From positions 38,378,001 to 38,442,000 of the forward strand of contig NC_043012.1 in assembly GCF_006345805.1 (NCBI RefSeq): 64,000 nucleotides of DNA. The letters run 5' to 3'. The position numbers and the translations under genes were made by a program. A model generated the notes under the pieces. That model was not told the DNA's origin and made no database searches. It was given only the letters and a program-made list of their open reading frames with translations. Origin of the DNA: Octopus sinensis (Eukaryota). Below, one piece after another: positions 1 through 12,401 of the stretch. The stretch's first letter is position 1. Each line of letters begins with the position of its first letter.

Positions 1-119
1 GCTCCGCTCGAAAGGTTAAACCCTCCTTCCCTTCTTTCCTGAGCGTCAAATAATACTTTAATTGTTCCACGTCCTCGCGTTGCTGTGTTTTTTTTCTGTG
101 TCTTCTTGTTTGGATTAAC
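1..119 (+). mobile_element. Penelope-type terminal relic (window-truncated HHR-like motif ...GC-TCC-GCTC-GAAA-GG-TT-AAAC, downstream TTCCTGAGCG motif), followed by (TA)n
   Basis: Shares GCTCCGCTCGAAA with 59162-59175 and TTCCTGAGCG...TAATAC with 47935 and 59201; runs into (TA)n at 120-282. Confidence 0.6.
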
Positions 120-120
120 T

Positions 121-258
<138 letters not shown>

Positions 259-280
259 CATATATATATATATATATATA

Positions 281-560
281 TAACGGGAAGGTTTATGAAA
301 ATAAACAAAAGACGAAGGCAGGTGGAGTACAAACAAATAATTGTATTAGTATGGCGCTCAGGAATAGAAATAAAACAAGTCTTTTACGTTTCGGGCCTAC
401 GCTCTTCGACAGAAAGATACACAGAAAAGAAACAAGGAGAGAAAAAAATTGCCGTAGAGGCTAACGATTCAACATGGCGTTCTGATTCAGAGATCGGAGG
501 TCAAACGTTAGGGGTCAGACGTTAGACACTAGAGGGATAGTAGGGGAGATAACAGGGTCA
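281..560 (-). mobile_element. Penelope-type terminal relic with degenerate hammerhead (380-417)
   Basis: Minus strand reads TCTTT-CTGTCGA-A-GAGC-GTAG-GCCC-GAAA-CG-TA-AAAGA, then TTCCTGAGCGCC, ending in (TA)n. Confidence 0.6.
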
Positions 561-591
<31 letters not shown>

Positions 592-610
592 ATAAATATA
601 TATATATATA

Positions 611-1010
611 TACTCTTTTACTTGTTTCAGTCATTTGACTGCGGCCATGCTGGAGCACCGCCTTTAATCGAGCAACTCGACCCCGGGATTTATTCTTTTG
701 TAAGCCCAGTACTTATTATATCGGTCTCTTTTGCCGAACCGCTAAGTAACGGGGACTTAAACACACCAGCATCGGTTGTCAAGCAATACTAGGGGGACAA
801 ACACACTTACACAAACACACACACGCATATATACACATATACATATATACGGCGGGCTTCTTTCAGTTTCCGTCTATCAAATCCACTCACAAGGCTTTGG
901 TCGGCCCGAGGCTATAGTAGAAGACACTTGCCCATGGTGCCACGCAGTGGGACTGAACCCGGAACCATGTGGTTGGTAAATAAGCTACTTACCACACAGT
1001 CACTCCTGTC
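611..1010 (-). mobile_element. tRNA-derived SINE, family B (internal microsatellite), full length
   Basis: Reverse complement of the 40038-40408 copy: head caggagtgactgtgtggtaag, B-box-like gggttcagtccc, tail cagcatggccgcagtcaaatgactgaaacaagtaaaagag. Confidence 0.85.
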
Positions 1011-1257
1011 TCTCTGTTTTGTATATCCTTTCGAAGAATTCCCCTCCCTCTCCAATACTCTCTCTACTCTCTCTATCCATTCCTCTTTGCCTCCCATCCT
1101 CCCTATATATATACATACACTTTGATAGAAATATATACATATATATCTATCTGTGCGTATATATTTTGGTAGACTGATACAAATACAAGCATACACCACA
1201 TGCAACACCCCCACACACGCACACACGCATATACACACACGCATACACACAAACAAA

Positions 1258-1301
<44 letters not shown>

Positions 1302-1408
1302 GTTCAATAGATAGTGATATAGATAGGTGGATAGACCGACTTATAGACAGACAGATTGATAGACAGACAGACAGATAGATAGACAGACAGATAGATAGAT
1401 AGATAGAT

Positions 1409-1466
<58 letters not shown>

Positions 1467-1742
1467 TGGGAGAGAAATAAAGAGAGTGAAGATAGCCAGA
1501 TATGTAGAGAGATGAATACGATTGATAGATAGGTAAGAAGATAGACAGATTGGTAAAAGAAGAGAGGAAGAGAGGAGGAGAGAAAGGAGGAAAAGAGATG
1601 TAGAGGAGGAGGAGTATGATGGATTGAAAAATCAAAGAATACAAAAGTAGCGGGATTAGAGAATTAGAGCGATAGTGAGAGGGAGGAAGAGAGAAGAAAG
1701 AGTGGGGAAGAATAGAGTTACAAGAGGAAAGAGAGAGGGAGA

Positions 1743-1784
<42 letters not shown>

Positions 1785-1967
1785 CAATACAATGATGTAG
1801 AATGATATATACAGAACATGAAGATTCGGAAAGCAGAGAAATGGAGGAAATATGTGGAGGGGGGGTATGAGGTAGGGAGGATGGGAGGCAAAGAGGAATG
1901 GATAGAGAGAGTAGAGAGAGTATTGGAGAGGGAGGGGAATTCTTGGAAAGGATATACATAACAGAGA
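1011..1967. repeat. 95-bp inverted duplication (arms 1011-1105 and 1873-1967) around a CA/GATA/GA-rich spacer
   Basis: Arms are reverse complements with 2 mismatches by manual alignment. Confidence 0.85.
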
Positions 1968-2375
1968 CAGGATAATATGGAGAAGAGTATGTGTTTGCAA
2001 TTGTACATATGTGTATGTGTGTGTGTATATGTTTATATATGTCTGTGTGTGTGACCCGTTCTGTGCTTGTGTTTGAATGCGCTTGGGTGTGTTTGTGAGT
2101 GTGTGCGTGTTTGTGTGTGTGTATTTCTCTATGTGTGCATATGAGAATGCCGTGAAAACAAAGCGATTTATCAGAGACTGACAAATGTAAAAAATGGAAG
2201 GATCTTCGGTTTGCACCTTTTTACGACAGCTCATCAATTATATTGGAGAGAAGTTAGAAGCTATACATGGGCAATATGAATGAAGCTGGAACGGTACATG
2301 TCTTTGGAAAGGAATACACAACCACTGCTACAGACACGCACAGACACACACACACACTCACACACACAAATTGTA

Positions 2376-2422
<47 letters not shown>

Positions 2423-2707
2423 TATATACAAACCTATACACAGATGTGTTATATATGATTAATATATATATATAGATGCATATATAGACCTGTATGTATA
2501 TATATATATAGGTTTATATACACAACATGTATATATATATATAAATATACATACATATGTATATATATATATGTATATATATAATATATATATATATATA
2601 TAATATTATATATGCATATTGTTGTATGCATTTATATACGTACATATTTGACTATATGTGCATATATATACATATATGTGAGCATACATATATATATGTA
2701 TATGTGT

Positions 2708-2763
<56 letters not shown>

Positions 2764-3044
2764 CGCACACAAGCACATGCACCACCATCTACAGATTTCG
2801 CGCCTGTACACATTTTGTAGGATGTATTTTTATATTTTATTAAATTTTTTCTTGTGTTATTTGAATTTATAAATTTTAGAAAATATTTACGAAACAAGAA
2901 AATAAATTTTGAATCAAAAACCCATTTTAGTAGCAAGAATATAATTTGTAATATCTCTGAGAGACAAAGAGAGGAGAAACAAGGAAGACTGAAAGTGACA
3001 GGGGAGGGGAGAGAGAAAGAGATGGTGTGTGTGTGTGAGAAGGA

Positions 3045-3081
<37 letters not shown>

Positions 3082-3172
3082 GATACCGTAATATACATAC
3101 AAACATGCATACATATGCATACATGTATACGTATATGTGTGTGTAAATATTATATATAATACACACACGGAC

Positions 3173-3240
<68 letters not shown>

Positions 3241-3377
3241 CATATATACATACATATATATGCATCTACGCACGCAAACACACGCACATAGACACACACA
3301 GACATATTCTTTTGTCTATTTATCTGGATAGCTCTGTTATCTTTGCATCTCTATATTTTACCACACACACAACCACG

Positions 3378-3409
<32 letters not shown>

Positions 3410-4299
3410 TATATATATATATAATATATATATATATAATTATATATATATATATATATATACATATGTATGTGTAATAATGCACACACTCACAAACCAC
3501 ACACACACACAATATATATATATATAAGTGTATTTATATATATATGTATATATATATATAGGATGGAAAAGTGAGAGAAGGAGGGAAATCAGTGCAGACG
3601 GAGAGAAGGGTGGAGAGGGAGAGGGAGAGGAAGTGGCGCAGAGCTATTGGGAATATGGCCAGTTTGAGAATGTTTTGTGGCAAACAACAAAATATTAAAC
3701 TACGTAAAAAAAAGAAAACGAAATATAATTTAAATTGTGTACTGAACTTTGATTTGGTATTATGTAATTATTAGTCAGTGATGATGCATTGTGTTAGAAT
3801 GGTAGTAACAGGAGGAGGAAGAGCAGTAGCAGCAGCATTAGCATTGGATGTTGTTGTCTGCCTTGTTCATTTTCAAATCATTTATAATATTTCTGGCGTA
3901 TGGCATTTAAATTTGTTTTTATTGGAAACCACTTCCAAGACGGCGTCAAGCCGCCAGCAATAAAGCAGACTCGAAGAAACAACGTCGTTTGCTGGGAATC
4001 GCAAAAATAACAAAAAATAGAAAAATTCAATGAGTAGTTTCTCTAAAAACCACGGAACTATCAACGCAAGATTTAAGAAATGAAGGAAAACAGGGAAACG
4101 AATGTAGGTCCATAAAACAGGTTTCAAATGAAGGGAGCTAGTAAAGTAAAAACACTTCCTAGCAGAGATTACAGCAACAGTAATGAAAAACTGTATTTAC
4201 GGTCTTCCAGCAATATACCGACAAGCCTAATGTGTAACCATCAAATAAATCCGTGTGTATGACTATTCGGCGACGGTTAAGAACAATGCAAGGTTCACT

Positions 4300-4450
4300 A
4301 ATTTTTTCCCTTTTTCCTTCTGTTTTCTTTCGTTATTCTTTTTTGTAGAAGGGCTTGGGCTCGAAACGTCAAAGACTTCTCCCATTTTTCCTGTTCGTTG
4401 TTCCTCCATTTGTCTCTGTATTTTGCTTTTCGCTGTTTTGTACATTTTCG
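4300..4450 (+). mobile_element. Penelope-type terminal relic, degenerate HHR-like motif 4337-4375
   Basis: TTT-TTGTAGA-A-GGGC-TTGG-GCTC-GAAA-CG-TC-AAAGA; same layout as the 380-417 and 8067-8102 copies. Confidence 0.45.
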
Positions 4451-6312
4451 ATTCAGTTATAAGAAGATGCATAACTAGTCGCTAATAGTATTATCAATTT
4501 CACCATCAGTTCCATTGGCAAACTCCCCATACGCTGGTATCTAGTTAGTAACATAAGCGTGCAGACAGGAAATGTAAGCATCAGCTGAACTATCGAAAAA
4601 TTACCAGCAACCAGCAATTGAGCAATGATTCATCTTCTGCTAAATTCATGTAGTGAAACAATTTCAGCGACAGATGGTCTTTTGTTGTAGTTTTTACAAT
4701 CAGAACCTGCTTTACCGAAAGATACGCCATTAATTTGTTGATTTTTGGCTTTTCCCCGCGTCTCTTGTGTTAGGTTCTGCACTGCCTGCACTGAAATGGT
4801 GCCGTCTCAGATACTACAATCGATAGAATTAAATTTTATCTCAAATAACATTAAAAATATTTGTCTTTATGGAATTTGCTTAATTAAAATTCTCTGTAAT
4901 TTTGTAGCAGTTACACAATTCATATTACAGTTCCGTTAATGGCTTCTGTCATTGATCTGCAACTCTACCGGCCACCAACTTTGATGGTGTCTGTTACTTG
5001 TGTCTTCCATTGTAGGTATTCCAATCTGGTATATATGTTGTGGCTCTGCATCGATTGGAATGGGCAATTATTCTATGTGGAGAAACATAAAAAGAAATAA
5101 TACTCACTCTCTCTATCTTACAGACAGGCATACAAACATACATTACATACTGATACACACACACACACATACTAACACACATACATTCATACAGGAATAT
5201 ACGGTGATCTTCTGCTGTTCTGCCTTCCAAATTCTACACCCAAGGCATTGCCGAGAACGCGACTTCAGCGCTTAAAGTTCACCACTTTGGTATGGACATT
5301 ATAAATACGAATTTACGAAGTAAATGTCTCGGTTGCGGAACCCTACCTGAAATCTTTTGTTATTTTGGCAAAATAGCAAAGATAAATATGTGGTAGAATA
5401 AAAAGCCTGACTGACTGATCTGTTTAACGTGTTTAGTATAAACATTTGTCGGACCTTGGTTTGCCTTTTACCGAATCATTAGGGCCCAAACAAACAAAGC
5501 ACAGTTATTCTACTTTGCTGCACTTCCCCTACTAATGTTTGATCCTGATGAACTTTGACCTCGTGACCCTCAGCCTGCAGCACATATTGGCTGCGATTTT
5601 TAAGTTCAAATAGAAGAGGTGGTCACAGCTAGAGTGCCTTTGATCTGAGGTCTAATGTGTTACTCTGCCCCACACTGCCTCCAATGTTGTCTGTTAATTA
5701 ACCTCCAAGACAAGCTTACTCGAATGACCTCATCGTTTCCGTCTTACACTGAAGAACATTGTTCTGTATGGATGTCAACTCGGGCAATAACCTCTGAATT
5801 GTTGTAAATATATTCATTTTCTATTAAATAGTTAATTCAGGAATTTGTCTCGTTTTCCTTATTATGTTTATAGATATTTTCATAGTTTTTTTCTCCCCAA
5901 CTTTTGAAATATATTGAACAAAAGAATGTACATTACTATAGAAGCACTGTATGTGATAGACAGTATTTTAATACAACCGCAATGATACAACCAACAGAGG
6001 AATCTTTTACATTCCATAGATTGAGAGCGATTCTGCTAACATTTAATCTCCGGGCTATTAGGCAGAAGAAGAATCTCTGATATTGCATTATATTTGCTAC
6101 AATCAGATAAAAATGCCGAAATACAAATCACAAAAGTCTTTATATACATACATACACGCACACACATGTACACAGAAACACTCCCGCGCGTACACACACA
6201 CATACATATATCAATACACCACACACACATACACACATACGCACACATATATACCTACATATAGCTTTACGCCACACGCACACACATACATACGCACATG
6301 TCAAATTGTGCA

Positions 6313-6352
<40 letters not shown>

Positions 6353-6685
6353 GATGAACGTTTCTAGTTGTGTTTACAAATAAACAAACAACATTTTTTC
6401 AATACTTTTATGTTAGTGCATTCATCATTTGCTCTAGTTTCACGTTGCCGAATAGTCAACCGACTCGTAAAAGAGAAGCGTGTTATACATTATTCCGATT
6501 GGTAAAATTTAGTGTAACATTTGAAGGAGCTATTGTCGGCCAGATTGAAGCAGTCTCGAGGCTAACCGGCCGAAACTGTAAAGATGATCTGGATCTTGAC
6601 TGAAGATAGAAAGCTCCGAATGACCCGTCCTTGATTTTTCCTGTCCTTTTTTATCGTCTAACTGTCGGAAGTTTTGTTCCATTAC

Positions 6686-6773
<88 letters not shown>

Positions 6774-6787
6774 TTATGTATGTATTT

Positions 6788-7000
6788 GTGTGTCTGCGTT
6801 TGTCTCCCAATCATCGCTTGACAACCCGTGTTGGTGTGTTTACGTCGCTGTAATCTAGCAGTTCGGGAAAATTGACCGATAGAATAAATACAAATCTTAC
6901 AAAGAATAAGTCGTAAGGTAGATTTGTTGGACTAAATGGGTCGCTCCAGCATGGCCGCAGTCAAATGACTGAAAAAAGCACCGGAATAAAAAGAAAATAA
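6788..7000 (+). mobile_element. SINE family B, 3' half
   Basis: catcgcttgacaacc...gaccgatagaataa...ctccagcatggccgcagtcaaatgactgaaa matches the family B tail. Confidence 0.75.
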
Positions 7001-7949
7001 ATATATATGTATCTATTTATCTATATATACACATACATATATATGCATACACACACACATATGTATAAGTCGCACACGGAAGACCAGATCAATAGAGTGA
7101 TATAAATGTCAAGGAAATCGATGAGACCACAAGGTTGATCTCAACATCGACTTTATCGAGATGTAAACGTCCTCGATAGGACACACAGACCAACCATATT
7201 TCTATTAAATCGTCAACATATAATACTCTACAGTAATACAAGACCGCATAAAAGTCCACAAGAAACTTTAGACTATTTCACAAACTAATCACGCAACCAG
7301 TTCAATTAAGCATTTGTATAGAGTAGCAGATATTCTTTGCCTTTTACCCTGATTAATAAATGCAATAATTACAACATAAAAGTATTCTGGAAATAAACTT
7401 AACAATGCTATACAACAATACAAGAGAACAATGGGTATATCTCAATAGGAAACAAGTAATATTTGATTGAAGGCTAGCGGGGATATATCTTTCATCGTCA
7501 GTCATGAAAGCAGACTGTTAACATCCGTGATATACGAAGGACGATCATTTAAATTGGACAATGTCACGTATTATCACATATTATTGAATATTATCACGTA
7601 TTACTACACATTAACTTGTATTAACACGCATTATCACGATACTTTTATTCCTATGATTTAATTTAATATTATAAGTAAATAATAACGAATGATTAAAATG
7701 AGCGCTGTGGACTCTCCGATAAGTGTCATCACAATTTATGAGCTTATAGAATGTCATTTTGTGCCAGCCACATCTCAGATGTATGTATATATTTTTGTAC
7801 GTTCTCTTCGAATTTCAATTATTTGAAATCATTCTGTAAGGAAGTAGCTGGTTTCTAACATCGATCCAAAATGCCATCATTGGAACGTAGATAAGGAAAC
7901 AAAGTTTGTATGTATTTATGCATGGATGATTGTATGTATCTATGCTCTA

Positions 7950-7987
<38 letters not shown>

Positions 7988-7999
7988 TAGATACATACA

Positions 8000-8190
8000 T
8001 TTGCCATGATTGATCGCTAGCCACTAAACCTTTTTCTATTTTCTCTCCCTGTTTATTTCTGTGTTCCTTTCTGTTGAAGAGCGTAGTCTCGAAACGTAAA
8101 AGACTTTCTCAATTCCCGAGCGTTAAACTAATACATCTGTTTGTTCTTTACACACCCGTCTTCGTTTGTTTTTTTTAGTAAATTCCACCT
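8000..8190 (+). mobile_element. Penelope-type terminal relic with degenerate hammerhead (8067-8102)
   Basis: CTTT-CTGTTGA-A-GAGC-GTAG-TCTC-GAAA-CG-TA-AAAG, then TTCCCGAGCGTT, ending in (TA)n. Confidence 0.6.
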
Positions 8191-8514
8191 ATATATATAG
8201 TTTTAATTTACTATATATATACACACAAACATACAATGTGTGTGTGTGGAATATATATATACATATATATACACACACACACACGTAGATACATGTATGC
8301 ATATATATATGTGTGTGTGTGTGCATGTGTGTATGCGTGTGTTTATATTTGTGACGAAGATTTTCAGACATGCATGTAACATGCTTTCTCTCACCACCCT
8401 ACACTCACAACACATGTGTATGTATATATGTATGTATGTATATATGTGTGTGTATGTATATGTGAAGGTTTGTATTCTCATGTATATAGTTGCATATCTA
8501 GACATGGTCATATA

Positions 8515-9420
8515 TACTTAAATGATAAATTTATGGAAAGTTTTACAGATTTTTACAGTTCCAGTGATGGACTAGATCTGTAGTCTTCGACTTAGCTTTG
8601 TCCTTTCTTGCTTTCAGAAACCTAATTTCTCAAGATTGGTATTTACGCAGTGTGTTTCATTTCCCAGTGTCCCAATAATTAATTGTAGGTATAAACCTGA
8701 ACTTGTAACGTGGATAGACTAACTGCAGATTTCTCAGTAGTTCGCCGTAGGTATTCTCTTTTTCACTGCTCCTCAGCTTTATGTTAACATTCGCTGGGCA
8801 CCTGATTGCCACAACTGTGCACAATTTCTCTTCTTTATCCCAAATCATTATATTAAGTTTGTTGTTCTTACATTTTATTGAGGTCTTCACTGGGATATTC
8901 CACCAGTGCACGTTTTTATTATGAGTGGCTATGGCTTCTACCATACTGTCGGTTCTTTTTTCTTTGTCTTCGGGGTTTTGCTGCTGACGAATTTCATTAT
9001 GTAATGTCCTACCTACAACATCATGTCTCCTAGGTAGATAATACCGTGATGACATTTTCGGACAAATGTTTATTACGTGGGCGATATCTTCAGTGTCAAC
9101 TCCATAGAATCTGCATCGGTTATCACAATTTACTGCATTTCCCGCATCACTGTCCCTTTTGTGCATCAGGTATTTGATATATATATTTTCTGTTCCTGGA
9201 TTCCCAACGCATACCCTTCAAAGTGGGAGGTACTAATCTGGCTATTAGTCCATGATAGACTGCTTTGATGATCAACGTTACTATCATCTCAGAGATTTCG
9301 ACTAACACGTTGCGACAGAGTCGTGCGATTTCTTCGGGCATGAATTTAAGGTTATCGGGCGAGAGATTTTGCTGTTTAAGGAGCTGCCATCCAAGCCACG
9401 CTATATGAAAGAGGCATAGG
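8515..9420 (-). mobile_element. Decayed R4/Dong-like non-LTR retrotransposon, C-terminal zinc knuckle plus restriction-like endonuclease
   Basis: ORF 8657-9166: CRFYGVDTEDIAHVINIC (degenerate CCHC), RHDVV, KLNIMIWD (KPDI-like), KENTYGEL; frameshifted upstream FEGYALGIQEQ and downstream GTLG...ITGTVKICK. Confidence 0.8.
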
Positions 9421-9517
9421 TTACACACCCGCCTTCGGCTTTTGTTTCATTTTTTTTAGTAAATTCCAGCAATATATATATATACATATACATATATATA
9501 TATATAATATATATATA

Positions 9518-9555
<38 letters not shown>

Positions 9556-9565
<10 letters not shown>

Positions 9566-9923
9566 ATTTCGGAAGGGTCATTTTGCCAGTTTAGCCAATA
9601 AAAACACATGCACTATATATTGGGTGTTACTTTGCTTCAGTTTTATTTATTTTTTACATTAAGCTTAATCTTATTTCGGCCAGAGTTCTTTCGTCACATT
9701 CCTGTGACCGCATCACAAAATGGCTGACGGTTAGTAAGAAGAGACACACAAATAAGAAAGAAGAAAGCAAAGCACCACTAATGCGGTCACAGGAGTGTTA
9801 CGAAAGAACTCTGGCCGAAATAAGATTAAGATTAATGTAAAAAATAAATAACACTGAAGCAAAGTAACACCAAATATATAGTGGCTAAACTGGCAAAATG
9901 ACCATTCCAAAATACAACAATAT
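9556..9923. mobile_element. Foldback/MITE-like element with ~143-158 bp inverted arms (9556-9713, 9781-9923) and a 67-bp spacer
   Basis: Arms are reverse complementary with few mismatches; the left arm has a 15-nt insertion (9598-9612); left end abuts (TA)n. Confidence 0.75.
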
Positions 9924-10708
9924 CTGTTTCAACACACGATTTCACATAAAAGATCTTGCACACAAATATATATATATATATAATATATAATATATATAAT
10001 ATATATAGATATATATATATATATATATATATATACACGCTGCAGATATGCCAACGAGCTCGAGACATGACTGCACTCACGCACTTCACACGAGGAATTC
10101 TGGAAGGAGCTTCGTGAGACCACTGCAGAGACGCTTCCTACAAATTTCAGTAACCGTTGGAAAAAACTATTATAATAGTGACTCCATTAATTCCTAGCAA
10201 TATCTGCAGAAGCAATTTTTATGATACGAAATATTATATTAGACTATGAATAATTAAATACAGTCTTCTAATCTTAGATTTAGTACTTGATAAAAAGACT
10301 AATAAATCAAAAATGAACCACAATCCTTTACAAGCTATGATCCCAACAATCTTCATGCATTTCTTGGAAGTGTTGTCTATTCTTAGCTACAATAGCGACA
10401 ACATGGATTTTTTCTATCTTCTTGCTCTATTAGAGTATTTGAGTATAATTATATAAATGTGAAACTGAGGATAGCATTGCATTTAAATTGATGAAATGAT
10501 CGTATAGTTCAATTAAATGGAGCTGCTTGAAACGTTCGTACTGCATCAACTCTGGATATCCTGTTACTTATTTTAATTTTATTCACCTTACTTTAAGCAG
10601 TGTGGATAATACCGCATTGACTTGGCGCTTCAACTTAAGTAGCTAATTCAACTGAATCTTAATTATTTCTCTCTCTCACAAGCTCTCTCTCTACATATAT
10701 ATAATGTA

Positions 10709-10778
10709 GCTAAAAATAAGAGTCAACATTAAGTTAATTTTAACTCTTATTTTTAGCAATCGGTGGTGCTAATTTGCA
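10709..10778. other. 15-bp perfect hairpin followed by a GGTGC-taattt-GCACC mini-hairpin
   Basis: gctaaaaataagagt (10709-10723) pairs with actcttatttttagc (10743-10757). Confidence 0.6.
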
Positions 10779-11012
10779 CCCTTTTTTATATATTTTTATT
10801 AATTCCTGTTTTGTTTTTAATTGTCCGCGAACCACTCATACAATGATGTGTTTAATATATCTTCATATATTAATATATCTTTATAGTATCTTTTTGTATT
10901 GACACACGCACACACATATACATGTGCGTGTGTATATATATATGTGTGTGTGTGTTTATACATACAAATATTATATATACGCATATACACATATACGTAT
11001 AAATATATATAA

Positions 11013-11064
<52 letters not shown>

Positions 11065-11570
11065 GTTCATACATGTATATACATAGATGTTTATATGTAC
11101 ATATAAATATGTATGTATATATTTATATATATATATATATACGTATGTATATATATATATATGTATATATATGTACATATGTTTGTATATCTATATCTAT
11201 ATCTATATATACATATATATATATATATATATAAATACATACACACAGTGTAATTTTATAGAAAAACAAAGACAGGTGTAGGAATAACATGTATGTGTAT
11301 TAGTTTGACGCTCGGAGAAAAATGAAAAATATATACACAAATATTTACATAATATATATATATATACATACATACATATATATATATATATACACACACA
11401 TACATATATACATATATATGTATACATATACGTTTATATATACATATATTCATATATATATATACATATAAGTATATATATATATGTATATATGCACATA
11501 TGTATATGTATATATATGTAAATATATATATATATATTATATATATATATATATATGTATGTATATATAC

Positions 11571-11730
11571 TCAAAATAAGCAACAAGAATATCGTCGGTA
11601 ATTCCCAAATTACCGAAGATATTCTGGTTTCTTATTTTGATTATAATCACCCCATGGATTTATATGGATAATACTGTACAAAATTCTGGTGCATCTAATT
11701 TAAGTACCACATTCGTTTGAATCTAAATTT
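11571..11730. mobile_element. Hairpin-headed dispersed element (33-bp stem, 4-nt loop, conserved ~90-nt tail) inside (TA)n
   Basis: Arms 11571-11603 and 11608-11640 pair at 30/33 positions; arms and tail homologous to 57376-57687. Confidence 0.65.
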
Positions 11731-11738
11731 TGCTGAAC

Positions 11739-11775
<37 letters not shown>

Positions 11776-11811
11776 GTATACACAGATACGCACAGGCATA
11801 CAGAGACACAC

Positions 11812-11877
<66 letters not shown>

Positions 11878-12295
11878 CACCACACACACACAACATAGAA
11901 CACAATTACTGCCTTGACTATTTGTGTAAACAGAAAGCATATATGTTTTATAAGCACGTATTCAGCTTCACTGTGAAAATGTAGCCTATGAAAGGAAAAC
12001 TTCGTAGGAGCTTCCTTACAAATTCAAACTCATAAAAGAAAACTCTTAGTTCACCTTTGAACTGTCCAACGTGCAAAGAATAAGCGTAATTGTGCATAAG
12101 GTAAACCAACACATGCTGGTAGAAGAATGTTGCATGCAACTACACATATTTGACGGTTAAACGTTACTAACAAATGTACAAACACGGCATCATTTCAAAT
12201 AAGTGTATTTATTGAAATCGAATAATAAAACAGCAATAAACATTCTTATTCGTACTGCGAAAATATAACCCTTGAATTAATCTTACATGTGTGTA

Positions 12296-12334
<39 letters not shown>

Positions 12335-12350
12335 ATCTATATATATATAA

Positions 12351-12401
<51 letters not shown>

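Noticed and set aside
5017-5075. VFQSGIYVVAL...IDW resembling an SLC6 transporter segment (GGIYVFQL.DW)
   Set aside because: Needs a frameshift, hits a stop within 25 codons, and no other SLC6 exons are visible
6550-6582. GGC-taaccg-GCC-GAAA-CTG-TA resembling an HHR 3' half
   Set aside because: No CUGANGA core and no convincing stem I
10040-10160. Protein-like island RYANELET*LHSRTSHEEFWKELRETT
   Set aside because: In-frame TGA, no recognisable family, and weak splice context
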